Source: an uncultured Methanoregulaceae archaeon (GTDB lineage Archaea; Halobacteriota; Methanomicrobia; Methanomicrobiales; Methanospirillaceae). From it: a stretch of DNA of 64,000 nucleotides. The position numbers and the translations under genes were made by a program. The notes under the pieces were generated by a model. It did not search any database. It was not told where the DNA came from and saw only the letters and a list, made by a program, of their open reading frames with translations. This document shows, in pieces, positions 29,616 to 40,167 of the stretch; within the stretch, counting starts at the first letter, position 1; every line of letters starts with the position of its first letter. The stretch covers positions 2,080,001 to 2,144,000 of the forward strand of contig OY970343.1 of assembly GCA_963717525.1 (NCBI GenBank). Reading direction: 5' to 3'.

Positions 29616-30362
29616 ATGACCCGGCCACTCAAGTTTGTCGATCAGAACATTGACGACTACGCGATGAAAGTGACCTATGATCCCGTCAAAGGGACAGGAA
29701 AACTCGTCTACAACATCTCGCTTGTGAAAAACGAGGATTTCGAGTACGCTGTCTCGGTTCTCAAGGACGCCAGCAAGACCGGGGTTTCCGTCAGCGGCCT
29801 CGTCAAATTCGGCTCTTCGGGAGAGAACATTGCCGGGTACGTGGTGCCTGAAGGATGCACGGCCATCTGCACGGTCTGCAGCATCACCTTCGACGGCCTG
29901 TTGATCCGGCGCGGTATCCCGATCAACCCGATTGGCGGCGGGGTGGTTGAGGTAGAGGATCGTGCCCCGGTCCGGTTCACGCATATCATCCTCTACGAGC
30001 ACACCACCATCGATCCGCTGCAGGTGCTCATCTCCCAGCAGATCACCTCGGTGAACGATGTGATGCGAAAGGGAAGCGGTAATATCCTCGCCAATATCCG
30101 GGAGTTCCACATGGAAGCAGAACCGCTGGTTGGTCGTGTCCTTGACGAGCTTGCGGACAGCAGCTTCACCGGGATCCTCGAGGTAGGGGTGCCTAACATC
30201 CCGCTGCTTGGCGTTCCCGGCAGCCCGCAGTATATCTCCATCGTCGCGGTGGGTGGCACAAACCCGATGGCGGCGATCCGTGAAGGCGGGCGCTGGGTCC
30301 AGACCCAGGCTATGAAAGGGCTCATGGATGTCCGGGAGTTCGTGGAGATCCGGGATTACTAA
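29616..30362 (+). CDS. NrpR regulatory domain (DUF128/NRD) protein without an HTH domain
   Basis: CTVCSITFDG, FTHIILYEHTTIDPL, GNILANIRE, VGGTNPMAA. Confidence 0.85.
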   Translation: MTRPLKFVDQNIDDYAMKVTYDPVKGTGKLVYNISLVKNEDFEYAVSVLKDASKTGVSVSGLVKFGSSGENIAGYVVPEGCTAICTVCSITFDGLLIRRGIPINPIGGGVVEVEDRAPVRFTHIILYEHTTIDPLQVLISQQITSVNDVMRKGSGNILANIREFHMEAEPLVGRVLDELADSSFTGILEVGVPNIPLLGVPGSPQYISIVAVGGTNPMAAIREGGRWVQTQAMKGLMDVREFVEIRDY

Positions 30363-30476
30363 AGACCGGCATCATCTACTCCCCCCACAGGCTCGGCTTG
30401 TACCCGTCCGCCACCTCGCATCGATTTATATGATCCCGCAGAAATGTGTACCAGTAACACCTGCACGTGATTCCCG

Positions 30477-31770
30477 ATGAGATACCATATCACAATTGCA
30501 CTCCTACTTCTCGTGGCAGCCCTGTGCGTTATACCCGTCTTGGGCCAGGAGAAATACCAGGGGGGCTCCCCGCAGATATCGGCCTACATTGCCGGGACAA
30601 ACGAGTTTTCCCCGGGCCAGGATGCCACGATCACGGTGGTCATCCAGAACAGCGGGACAGCCGCGGTGATGTTCATCAACCAGGGAACCCTGCCACAGGC
30701 CGATCTCCCCACGACTGCCAAGCTGGTCACGGTGGGCCTTTCTTCAGGTGGGGCGCCGATCAACATCACGACCGGCACCCAGACCCTGGGAGATATCCAG
30801 AGTCCCGGGATCACCAGTGCCAGTTTCTCGGCCACGATCACGTCTGACGCGAACCTTGGGTCCTACACGCTCCCCCTGACCGTGCAGTACCTCGTACCTT
30901 TCCAACAGCCTCGCCAACCAGCCCACGAGTGACCAGGTCCAGTCCGTGTACACCCCCGTGACCGTAACGATCCCGCTCAATATTACGATAGAACCGGTCG
31001 TCCAGATCGACGTGCTTGATGCCGAGGCGTCGGGCCTGGCCGTGGGAACTGAGGGCTACATCAACCTGACGATCCAGAATACCGGGTACCAGGACGGGAC
31101 ACAGGCCACTGTTCAGATCCTGCAGCACGGTGCCAGCGCGATCATCCCGACCGATGACAGCGTCTATATTGGGGACTTCCCGCGGGGCGGGATTGTCACC
31201 TGCCTGTACAAGGTCGCCGTCTCCAGCGATGCGCAGCAGCAGACTTACCCGGTCGATGTGGAGGTGACCTACACGAACTCGGATGGTAATACGGTGACCT
31301 CTGCGATCGATACGGTCGGCATCCCGGTGGCTGCCAGACTCTCCTTTGCGGTCATCTCGCCCCCGGCGGTGATTACCCAGGGTTCCGATAGCATGATCGA
31401 TGTGGTATACCAGAATACGGGCGCGATCACCGCAAACAACGCCGAGGCACGGCTCTCGACCTACGGACCGCTTTCCAGCGCGGATACCCTCGCCTACCTC
31501 GGCGATATCCCGCCCGGCGGGAACGTGACCGCCCATTACGCAATCAGCGTTGCAAGCGATGCGGCTCCCGGAACCTATCCCCTGAATACCGAAGTCAGGT
31601 ACCGCGATGCCCTCGATAACAGCCAGGTCTCCGATACCTTCACCGCAAACGTTCAGGTGAACGCCCGCCCGCCCGCATCACCCCTCATCCTGATCGTTGA
31701 GATCTTCATTGTCGCAATGGTGATCGTGGCTGCCGGCTACTATGTGGTTGTCGTGAGGAAGAAGCGGTGA
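30477..31770 (+). CDS. COG1361-type S-layer-domain surface protein, frameshift near 30890
   Basis: Signal peptide, repeated Ig-like units (NTG...A, YIGD/YLGD), C-terminal TM plus RKKR. Removing one C joins ORFs 30477-30932 and 30946-31770 (QYSYLSNSLANQ). Confidence 0.85.
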
Positions 31771-32480
31771 AGTTTGGTTGGAATGGGGCGCTCCCGGCGC
31801 CCGGCATACGGACGATCCGGGATATGCGTGGCGTCCTGGCAAATCCGCGCTGCCCGGCAAGCGGGCCCCTCTATTACATGTATCGCGACCTCGCCCGATC
31901 AGCGGCGGACCGGCGCTGGCTTGCCGACCAGCAGCTCCGTTACGACATCACCGTTATTCCTCCCTTTGATCTCTGTGGTGAGTACGTCAAGACCAAGGGG
32001 CATTACCATCCTGCCGACCCCGCAGGCATCGGCTACCCCGAGCTGTACGATGTGACGGAAGGGAGGGCACTGTTCCTCATCCAGTCACGTACTCTCGACG
32101 ATGTCATCCTCATCGGTGCGGAGACCGGGGCCCGGATTGTCGTCCCGCCGGGGTATGGCCATATCACCATCAACCCGTTACCGGATGCCACGCTCGTTCT
32201 TGCAAACCTCGTCTCCACCGCGTTTGAGAGTGAGTATGGCGAGTATGAGACCCTGCACGGTGCGGCATACTATGTCATGAACGATGGCCGGATCATCAGG
32301 AACCGGCACTACCCCGCGGTGCCAAAAGTCCGGCACGTTGCCGCGGTCAGGGGCAGGGATGCCATCGGCCGGGCCAGCACGGGAACGATCTATTCGCTCA
32401 TCGGCGACCGGGATGCCCTCTCGTTTCTCAACGAGCCGGAGAACCACCCGGACGTTTTTACGGGACTGATAAAAGGCTAG
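31767..32480 (+). CDS. pgi: Cupin-type glucose-6-phosphate isomerase family protein
   Basis: LRYDITVIPP, KTKGHYH, YPELY, VPPGYGHITINP. Confidence 0.88.
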   Translation: MKFGWNGALPAPGIRTIRDMRGVLANPRCPASGPLYYMYRDLARSAADRRWLADQQLRYDITVIPPFDLCGEYVKTKGHYHPADPAGIGYPELYDVTEGRALFLIQSRTLDDVILIGAETGARIVVPPGYGHITINPLPDATLVLANLVSTAFESEYGEYETLHGAAYYVMNDGRIIRNRHYPAVPKVRHVAAVRGRDAIGRASTGTIYSLIGDRDALSFLNEPENHPDVFTGLIKG

Positions 32481-33204
32481 GTGCAGGCAGGCGCTTGTGG
32501 GCGTTTTTCTGTGCCCGGGCCAGCACTTTTTCTTCCACGGGTGACCCGGCCTTCCAGCCGTTTCCTTCGAGGTTTTTGAGCGCCGTATCGATCTCGGCAT
32601 AGGAAAGACCGATCTCGCCTTCGTCACTCTGGCCTGCCCAGAGCCCGGCTGAGGGCGTTTTTTCAATGATCGGCGTCGGGATCTTCATCTCTTTTGCCAT
32701 CTCGTAGACCTCGGTCTTGTACAGGTGGATAATAGGCTGGAAATCCGCGGCGTTGTCGCCGTACTTGGTGCAATATCCAAGCATGCACTCGCTCCGGTTG
32801 GAGGTGCCGCAGACAAGCCGGTGGTCCCGGTTCGCGTGGTAGTACAGCACCGTCATCCGGATCCGGGCCATGAGGTTACCGAGCAGGTACAGTGATTCCA
32901 CAAAGCCAGGGAGGGTTGCAAAAGCCGCAAGCATGGGGTCGATACTGATCACCCGGTGCTCCATCCCGAGCATGGCACAGAGCTCCTGTGCATCCCGAAC
33001 GTCCTGCGGGTTGCTCACCGATGTGGGCAGGGAGAGGCCGTGCACCTTGTCCGACCCGATTGCCCGGCAGCAGAATGCTGCTGCAAGCGCTGAGTCGACA
33101 CCCCCGGAGACCCCGATAACGATCCCCGAGCACCCGCTGTTCCAGTACGCATACCGGATCATCTGCTCGACCTGTCCCATTCTGCACCCGAGTTCTGCGG
33201 CCAT
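32458..33204 (-). CDS. nadE: NH3-dependent NAD+ synthetase
   Basis: SGGVDS PP-loop, GNLMARIRM, GYCTKYGD, PSAGLWAGQSDE. Confidence 0.95.
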   Translation of the reverse strand: MAAELGCRMGQVEQMIRYAYWNSGCSGIVIGVSGGVDSALAAAFCCRAIGSDKVHGLSLPTSVSNPQDVRDAQELCAMLGMEHRVISIDPMLAAFATLPGFVESLYLLGNLMARIRMTVLYYHANRDHRLVCGTSNRSECMLGYCTKYGDNAADFQPIIHLYKTEVYEMAKEMKIPTPIIEKTPSAGLWAGQSDEGEIGLSYAEIDTALKNLEGNGWKAGSPVEEKVLARAQKNAHKRLPAPSLLSVP

Positions 33205-33219
33205 TTCTGCTTTCCTGTG

Positions 33220-34920
33220 TTAGAATAAGCGGATAAATTTTTTTAACTGTTCGGTGTTTCCCGCCACGATTACGGCATCCCCTTCCCGGAGCACCTCTGT
33301 ACCGGGAGGTGAGACCGTGATCCTGCCCGGCCCCTCAATACCGAGCACCCGCACGCCGGTCTTTGCCTCTGCGATCCGAACGGTCAGGCTGGCGTGGCCT
33401 GTGACCTGTTTCAGGGCGACAATCTCGCCGTCCGGGAGATCGATGATAATGGTGATTGTCCCGGCGAGCACGATCCTCCCCACAGTCTGCCCTCCGATCC
33501 GCGGGAGCAGCGCGACGTAATCCGCCCCGGCCCGGTACAGCTTCTCCACGGCAGCAGGGTCGTTTGCCCGGGCCAGGATGCGGATACCGGGATTGAGGTT
33601 GCGTGCCATCAGCGTCGTGAAGATATTCACGTCATCATCGTTGAGCGCGACGATGCAGAACCGGGCCTCCCCGATCCGGGCCTCGTTTAAGATCTCCTCG
33701 CTCTCTGCGTTCCCGACAACCTCATTCACCTCATACTTCTTTGCATCGACTACCACGCAGGCGATGCCCGAAGCGATCATCTCGGTGTACGCGGCTGACC
33801 CCACGTCGCCGAACCCGGCGATGACCGCGTGGCCGATCTGCTCCCTGTTTACCTCCAGTTCTTCATGGACTGCCCGGCGTATCGCGTCGGCTCTTCCGAA
33901 TAAAAAGAGCGAGGTCGTGGCATCGATCAGCTCTGAAGGATCCGGCTGTGAGATGAACCTGCCGGCTTTCCAGATAAACGGCACGATGATGCCGTACTGC
34001 CCGTACAGGTCAAGTCCGCTAAGCTGTTTTCCTGTGGCCTTGCTATCAGGCATGACGGGGATGTGGATCAGCCGGAGATTTTTCTCCGGGTACTCCTCCC
34101 CGTTTATCGAGAGACGGTCAAGCCCGGGAATGGCGGGCGCCGTGTCCCCGACCGGATTGAGGACGGCATGCCGGGCAAGGATCCTGCCAGTCACCTGTTT
34201 GGGAGAGAGCACGTACTCCGCCCCGGCATACCTCAGGTACCGGTCAAAAGAGAGTTTGTCGACGATCGAGATGATCCGTGCCGAGGTGATACCCCGTATC
34301 CCGAGGATAATGCTTGCCGTTGTCCGCTCGTTCTCGCAGAGAATCACAAAATCCGCGTTCTTGATCCATGCCTGCTCCCACGTCTGCGGATCATCGTACT
34401 CGCCCCAGAGGACAAATGCCCTCCTGAGATGCCTGAGGGCCAGGTCGCGTGCAGCTTTCTCATCCTCTTCGACAATGAGCACCTCTTTTTCCGAAAGTGA
34501 CAGGCTTTCAACCAGTGCACGGGACAGCTCACCATTCCCGACGATCACGGTGTGGTGGTAGAGGGGATGGGGCGTCCGGCGTGCCGGTCCCGAGCGGAGC
34601 ACTGCGACGAGGTAAGGGGTGAGGATAAGGGGGATGACCATGAAGATCATGATCACTCCCGCAAGCATCATGATCGTCGACAAAATGATGATTGTATCCG
34701 AATGGTAGGCAAGCAGGCTTCCGGTGGTCGTAATCGTCTGTATAACGAACAGTAACGACTGCGCCCAGTCGACCGTTTTTCCCTCAAAAGCGGGATACAA
34801 CCCGTGAAAGATAACCGTGAAGATGGTGATGAGCAGGGCGAAGAGCACGAAGTAGATCAGGACCCGCATCTTTGCCGATGTGTGGATAATCCTCCAGATG
34901 ACATTTTGTCGTGATCTCAT
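33220..34920 (-). CDS. Two-TM potassium channel-like protein with tandem TrkA-N/TrkA-C (RCK) domains
   Basis: TM-pore-TM N-terminus, GNGELS and GFGDVG Rossmann motifs, AGAEYV/AGADYV. Pore loop reads TTTGSLL. Confidence 0.88.
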   Translation of the reverse strand: MRSRQNVIWRIIHTSAKMRVLIYFVLFALLITIFTVIFHGLYPAFEGKTVDWAQSLLFVIQTITTTGSLLAYHSDTIIILSTIMMLAGVIMIFMVIPLILTPYLVAVLRSGPARRTPHPLYHHTVIVGNGELSRALVESLSLSEKEVLIVEEDEKAARDLALRHLRRAFVLWGEYDDPQTWEQAWIKNADFVILCENERTTASIILGIRGITSARIISIVDKLSFDRYLRYAGAEYVLSPKQVTGRILARHAVLNPVGDTAPAIPGLDRLSINGEEYPEKNLRLIHIPVMPDSKATGKQLSGLDLYGQYGIIVPFIWKAGRFISQPDPSELIDATTSLFLFGRADAIRRAVHEELEVNREQIGHAVIAGFGDVGSAAYTEMIASGIACVVVDAKKYEVNEVVGNAESEEILNEARIGEARFCIVALNDDDVNIFTTLMARNLNPGIRILARANDPAAVEKLYRAGADYVALLPRIGGQTVGRIVLAGTITIIIDLPDGEIVALKQVTGHASLTVRIAEAKTGVRVLGIEGPGRITVSPPGTEVLREGDAVIVAGNTEQLKKFIRLF

Positions 34921-35835
34921 GCCAGCGTCCCCCGGCCGGTATTCCGGCGGATACCGCATCCCTCGCATTTCCCGCCGGAGAGTGGGCTGCCGCACGCCGG
35001 GCAAACCGGGGCAGGATCGAACCCGGCCGCAATGCCGGCAAGGGTCCCGGCGAGGTTAGCGAGTGCGAACTTGGTGGCCGGGTGCCGGTGGTCGTAGACG
35101 TCAAGCGCTGCCCGTGCATCGGCTGCACGAGAGCTCCCGACGGTGCAGGGGCAGGACGGCAGGAATCCGCAGGGGACGGCTGAGGTGGCGTGCAGTTCCG
35201 CGTACCGTGCAACCTCCGCTGCCGGGATCTCCATGAACGGCCGGATTACGGGAATGCCGGATCTCCCCACGAAATGCCGGGGGAACAGGGTGTGTTCGAC
35301 CGAGCCGGTAAATAAGATCGGTAAAGAACGCCTCTGCGATCTCGTCCACCGACGTGGCGAATGCACACCGGGTCACACACTGTGCAGCTGCTATCTCCCC
35401 GATGAGATCGCCTGCGAGCACCCGGCAGGAGCGGCAGGCGGACTCCTGCCCTTCCTGCCGCATGAGTTTGTCCATAGTAACACTATACCGCTCCGCAAAC
35501 GAGCCGGAGAACCATGGAACACCGCAGGCACCTGCAATCGTTCCGGCCTGCTCCGCGACCGGGTAACCAGTGATCCCGGGATCAACAGTAATCGCAGAGA
35601 GCCGGACGTCCCGGCGGTTGGCGGTCAGGTGGAAAAGAAAGGAGAGGAGGGCAGCGCTGGGAGCGTCTCCCGATGAAGCCACGGCGATATGATCGCCCGG
35701 GCGGAGCCAGCCGTGGGTCCGTATGGTGCGTTTGGCCTTTGCCTCAAGATCACGGGTGAAATGCACCGGGCAGAGGTGTTTTCCCGAATAAGGCTGGAAG
35801 ACAACAGCCTCGCGCCTGCACGCATCGCACTGCAT
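34917..35835 (-). CDS. TtcA/Ncs6-like PP-loop family protein with degenerate motif, frameshift near 35313
   Basis: N-terminal CDAC...YSGKHLC..HF, central CRSC, VIRPF, C-terminal CPACG...CEGC. PP-loop position reads SSGDAPS. ATGA overlap with the channel gene. Confidence 0.78.
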
Positions 35836-35950
35836 GGGTGACAGATCCTGTTCTGATCTGGATGACCAAAGATGTTTAAGGTTGTGATGCTCCGGCGGTA
35901 TGTACGGAGCCCATGATTTTATAGTCTGCCACATAACCACTCTAGCAACC

Positions 35951-36808
35951 ATGGTCGTGTCCCCGGAGCGGATTCGCAGCCTGCATAAGTACGAGAAGGC
36001 GATCCTCCTCGCGCTTGAACGCCAGATGAAGCGGTACGAGTGGGTGCCGCTCGAAAGCCTCCAGCAGGCGACAGAGCTCTCCGAGTCCGAGGTCAATTAC
36101 CGGTTGTCCCGGCTTATCCAGTGGGGCATGGTGCGGTTCAACCCGGTACCGTACGACGGCTACGCGCTCGTCTTTGGCGGGTACGATACGCTCGCGCTTA
36201 CCACCCTTACCCGGAAGGGCATCATCTCGGCGCTGGGTACAAAAATCGGCGAGGGAAAGGAGTCCGTTGTCTACGATGCCCTCGGTCTTGGGCCGGTTGC
36301 GATCAAGTTTCACCGGATCGGCCAGCGCTCGTTCAACACGCCCCGGATCAACCGGGAGTATCTCCCTGAGACCGGCAGTTGCCCGTGGCTGCTTGCCTCC
36401 CGGCTCTCCGCCGAACGAGAATACGCGGCGCTCTGCACCCTCCGCCCGAAGGTCTCTGTCCCGCTTCCCGTGGGCCAGAACCGGAACGCAGTTGTGATGG
36501 CGCTTATTTCCGGACCGGGCCTCGCCCGGTGCCGGCTTACCGACCCGGCGGCTACGCTTGATGAGATCCTTGCAAACGTGCGGGCCGCGTACCGGGCCGG
36601 TGTTATCCACGCGGATCTCTCGGAGTTCAACATCCTCATGGAGGACAACAGATGCGTCCTCATCGACTGGCCACAGTGGATGGAGACCAGTCATCCCAAT
36701 GCCGGCACCATCATCGAGCGTGATATCAACAATATCCTCGCCTTCTTTGTGAGGAAGTACAAACTTGCGTATGATCCCGGGGAAGCACTGCGATGCGTGA
36801 CCGGCTGA
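35951..36808 (+). CDS. RIO2-type Ser/Thr kinase with N-terminal wHTH
   Basis: YEWVP, GYDTLAL, IGEGKESVVY, IKFHRIG, IHADLSEFNIL, IDWPQ. Confidence 0.92.
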   Translation: MVVSPERIRSLHKYEKAILLALERQMKRYEWVPLESLQQATELSESEVNYRLSRLIQWGMVRFNPVPYDGYALVFGGYDTLALTTLTRKGIISALGTKIGEGKESVVYDALGLGPVAIKFHRIGQRSFNTPRINREYLPETGSCPWLLASRLSAEREYAALCTLRPKVSVPLPVGQNRNAVVMALISGPGLARCRLTDPAATLDEILANVRAAYRAGVIHADLSEFNILMEDNRCVLIDWPQWMETSHPNAGTIIERDINNILAFFVRKYKLAYDPGEALRCVTG

Positions 36809-38760
36809 GTGTTTTTGGGATCGATATCGTCAAAGGCTCGGTACGTTCGCGATCCCGCCGGCCGATGTATGCCCTCGTCCGGATGGAGGGGCAGGAGATC
36901 ACAAGTGAGACCACGGTCTCGATGTTCCGGCTCTTCCGGCTCCTCTCAGAGGAACGGCCTGACATCCTTGCCGTCGACAGCCTGCAGGAGATTGCAACCG
37001 ACCAGCACGGGCTCTTCTTCTTTCTGCAGGGCCTTCCGCCGCAGACGAAGCTCGTGCAAGTGACCGGCGGCGAAAAAAAGGAAACTCTCGGGAAGGTCGC
37101 CGCCCGGTTTAACATCAGCTTCGACCGGTTCGACCCCTTTGCCGAGGCCCGCACGACCGCACGGGTTGCATCACTCGGCGCCGGGGCAGAGGTCATCGCG
37201 TTCGAGAACGAAAGCGAGGTCGTCGTCAGCCGTCACCGTTCGCCGGGCCGTGGCGGCTGGAGCCAGAACCGGTACGTGCGGAAGATCCACGGTGCAGTCC
37301 AGCTCAAAGGGCGGGAAATCGAGATGCAGCTGGCGACGACCGGCCTCCGGTACGAGAAGAAGGAGACGAAAGCGTTCGGGGGGTGCAGCCGGGTGGTCTT
37401 CCGGGTCTTTGCCGCCCGGGGACTGGTGCCGGTTTCCACATACCGCGGGGCCGACGTGCAGGTCCGGATCAGTGGCAAGCGCCTCGAACGGATCCGGTTC
37501 CGGCCACTCTCGGGGAAACCCCGGTACCTTATTGTGGGCATAGACCCGGGCACAACAACAGCGATAGCCGCCCTCGACCTTGACGGCAACCTCCTGCACC
37601 TCGAAAGTTCACGGCAAATGGACATGTCTGGTGTGATCGAGGCCCTGTATAAGGTAGGTAAGCCGCTCGTGATCGCCTCCGACGTCCAAGTGATGCCCTA
37701 TTCGGTGGAGAAGATCCGGCGGGCGTTCTCGGCGGTTGCCTATACGCCTAAACAGGACACCGCTGTGGAGGCAAAGCTCGCGCTGACGGCAGGTTATCCG
37801 TATGCGAACGTCCACGAGCGCGACGCCCTCTCTGCCGCTCTCGACGCATACGTCCAGTACCAACACAAGTTCCGGAACCTCATCAAACGGGTACCCCCGG
37901 GCCACGATCTCGACGAGGTCCGGGCCCGGGTGATCCGGGGACAGGCACTCGACCAGGTACTTGTTGATCTTCACGCTGTTACAACGGTTGCCCCGGCAAT
38001 AGAGGCCCTCGTGGCCCCGGTTGAGGCCCGGCATGACGAACGGGTACGGGTGCTGGACGGGATGGTAAAACGCCTGCGCACGTACGTGGCCGAACTCCAG
38101 GAGGAAGTCAAGGCAAAGGAGTACGAGATCCACCGGCTCCAGGGACGGCTCCGCGGCATGCACGAGCGCCGGGACGTGCAGATTGCCAAGGATGCTGAGG
38201 TCGCAAAACGGGATGCGATCATCCAGAGCCTGAAAAAACGGCTCAGGAAGGAGGAGCGCCACGGCCGCACGCTTGCAAAACGGGTGGAACGGATCCGGAC
38301 ATTCGCCGAGCTCTCCATCGATGGCGAAGCGCTTCCGGTCAAGGTGCTGGATGCGCTCACCAAAGAGGGGCTGCGCCGGCTCACGGAAGACACCGGTATC
38401 GGCGAAGGAGAGATCGTGTACGTGCAGCGCATCGGTGGCTGGGGGCGCAGCGTGGTCAGGGATCTTGCGGGCATCGGGATCCGGGCCCTGATCACTCCTG
38501 CTGCCGGAGAAGGCGATCCGCAGATCCACGCAGAATTCCGGGAGGCCGGCATCCCCCTGCTGTCTGCCATGGATACCGGTGTGCAGGTGCGGGGCAGGCA
38601 GGGCCTTGCCCCCAAAGACCGTGTCGAATCTGCCCTCTCCCTCTGGCAGGAAGAACAGGCGCAGTTTTTGCATGAGAAAGAATCCAGCCGGATCGAGCAC
38701 ATGTTCAAGGAGTACAAGAGCGAACGTGGTAAGGAAGTGCGAAAAGGGGGGAGCAGCTGA
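36793..38760 (+). CDS. DUF460 domain protein (RNase H-like domain plus coiled coil)
   Basis: RSPGRGGWSQNRYVR, LIVGIDPGTTTAIAALD, HERDALSAA, long coiled coil. Confidence 0.88.
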   Translation: MRDRLSVFGIDIVKGSVRSRSRRPMYALVRMEGQEITSETTVSMFRLFRLLSEERPDILAVDSLQEIATDQHGLFFFLQGLPPQTKLVQVTGGEKKETLGKVAARFNISFDRFDPFAEARTTARVASLGAGAEVIAFENESEVVVSRHRSPGRGGWSQNRYVRKIHGAVQLKGREIEMQLATTGLRYEKKETKAFGGCSRVVFRVFAARGLVPVSTYRGADVQVRISGKRLERIRFRPLSGKPRYLIVGIDPGTTTAIAALDLDGNLLHLESSRQMDMSGVIEALYKVGKPLVIASDVQVMPYSVEKIRRAFSAVAYTPKQDTAVEAKLALTAGYPYANVHERDALSAALDAYVQYQHKFRNLIKRVPPGHDLDEVRARVIRGQALDQVLVDLHAVTTVAPAIEALVAPVEARHDERVRVLDGMVKRLRTYVAELQEEVKAKEYEIHRLQGRLRGMHERRDVQIAKDAEVAKRDAIIQSLKKRLRKEERHGRTLAKRVERIRTFAELSIDGEALPVKVLDALTKEGLRRLTEDTGIGEGEIVYVQRIGGWGRSVVRDLAGIGIRALITPAAGEGDPQIHAEFREAGIPLLSAMDTGVQVRGRQGLAPKDRVESALSLWQEEQAQFLHEKESSRIEHMFKEYKSERGKEVRKGGSS

Positions 38761-38762
38761 CC

Positions 38763-39627
38763 ATGGACGACCGGGAACTCTTGAAGACTGTAATGGCGAT
38801 CATCGGAGAGGAGAACTGCCGCGATGACTGCGCCATGCTCCCGTGCGGGGACCATGTGATGGTAGCAACGACCGATATGCTCCACAAGACAACCGATTTT
38901 GTGGACGGCATGACCGACTGGCAGATCGGCTGGATGAGCGCCGCGGTCACCATCAGCGACATCGCGAGCATGGGCGCAGCCCCGAAGTACGTGCTCATCG
39001 CGGTGGGGCTTTCCCGGTGGGAGCAGCTTGCCGGCATCATGCAGGGGGCGCAGGACTGCAGTAAAAAATTCGGCGCTGCGATCATCGGCGGTGATATCGA
39101 CCACCACGATGAGCTCACGGTCGTGACGACCGGCCTTGGTCTTGTGGACCGGGCGCACCTTGTGCAGCGGACTGGTGCCCGTCCAGGCGACCTTGTCTGT
39201 ATCACCGGGAGCCCGGGGCAGGCGCAGGCATGGCTCGACGGGTACAAACAGTTCGAAAAAGCACTTTTCGAGCCGCAGCCCCGGGTGGCAGAGGGGCAGG
39301 TGCTCGCTCGCGGGGGAGTGACCGCGATGATGGACGATAGCGACGGGATCGCGCTCTCGCTCTACGATCTTATGAGCGTCAACGCATGCGGGTTCTCCAT
39401 CGACCCGGAGAAACTGCCCCTGCCGCCGGGCATTCCTCGAGTCCCGGGCCCGGGAACTGGCGCTGTACGGCGGCGGGGACTACGAGCTGATCTTCACCCT
39501 GCCCCCGGAACGGTACCCCGTACCTGGCGTGCCCTGCAGAGTGATCGGGAGAGCCATACCGGAGAAGGCGGTGCTTGCGGGGGGAAAACCGGTGGAGAAA
39601 CGAGGGTACCAGCACCGGTGGGCGTGA
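38763..39627 (+). CDS. thiL: Thiamine-monophosphate kinase, frameshift near 39440
   Basis: DDCA, SDIASMGA, IGGD, MMDDSDGIA. The +1 frame supplies ALYGGGDYELIFT...GYQHRWA*. Confidence 0.93.
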
Positions 39628-39711
39628 GCCAGCACCGCGGCAGGTGCCGGCGCATTTCTCTTAAATACAAAAAACAAAAGGTACTGGAGATCAAGGAGCC
39701 ATTCACCACTC

Positions 39712-40167
39712 ATGGACTCGCTGGAGAGCAAACTGGATCGCCTTTCGGCAGAGCAGCGCCGGGAGGCCGAGGACTTCATCGACTTTCTGATCCAGCGGGC
39801 GGAAGGGATCAGGGTGACTGTACAGCTGCCATCGCACGATGTCTCCCCGGCCATGAAATCGGTCGCACCCCCCCTCATCACCCCGGATCCTGTTACTGTG
39901 GAGGAGCCGGCAGTATCCCAGTCCCGGGATAATGCCCCTACGCCGGCTGCAGCTGACCCGGTTCCTGAAGCCGAACCGCAGGCCGTCGTCCACGAGATCG
40001 AGATCGATGACGGGCTCCTCGACTACGGAAAATTCGAGAGAACAGTCGCAGCGCCGGCCCCGCTCCCCTCATCTCCCGCAGATGCTGCGGTGCAGAAGGT
40101 CAAGAGAAAGCTGATCCAGAAGAGCGAGCAGGCATCAAAGAACCAGCTCCTTGACTGGATGGATTAA
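39712..40167 (+). CDS. Hypothetical protein with DUF2281-like N-terminal helix and Pro-rich linker
   Basis: LSAEQRREAEDFIDFL N-terminus and LLDWMD C-terminus. Confidence 0.7.
   Translation: MDSLESKLDRLSAEQRREAEDFIDFLIQRAEGIRVTVQLPSHDVSPAMKSVAPPLITPDPVTVEEPAVSQSRDNAPTPAAADPVPEAEPQAVVHEIEIDDGLLDYGKFERTVAAPAPLPSSPADAAVQKVKRKLIQKSEQASKNQLLDWMD

Noticed and set aside
39628..39932. Extended C-terminus of thiL in the ORF track
   Set aside because: Out-of-frame read-through. The conserved GGGDYEL end lies in the +1 frame and stops at 39627.
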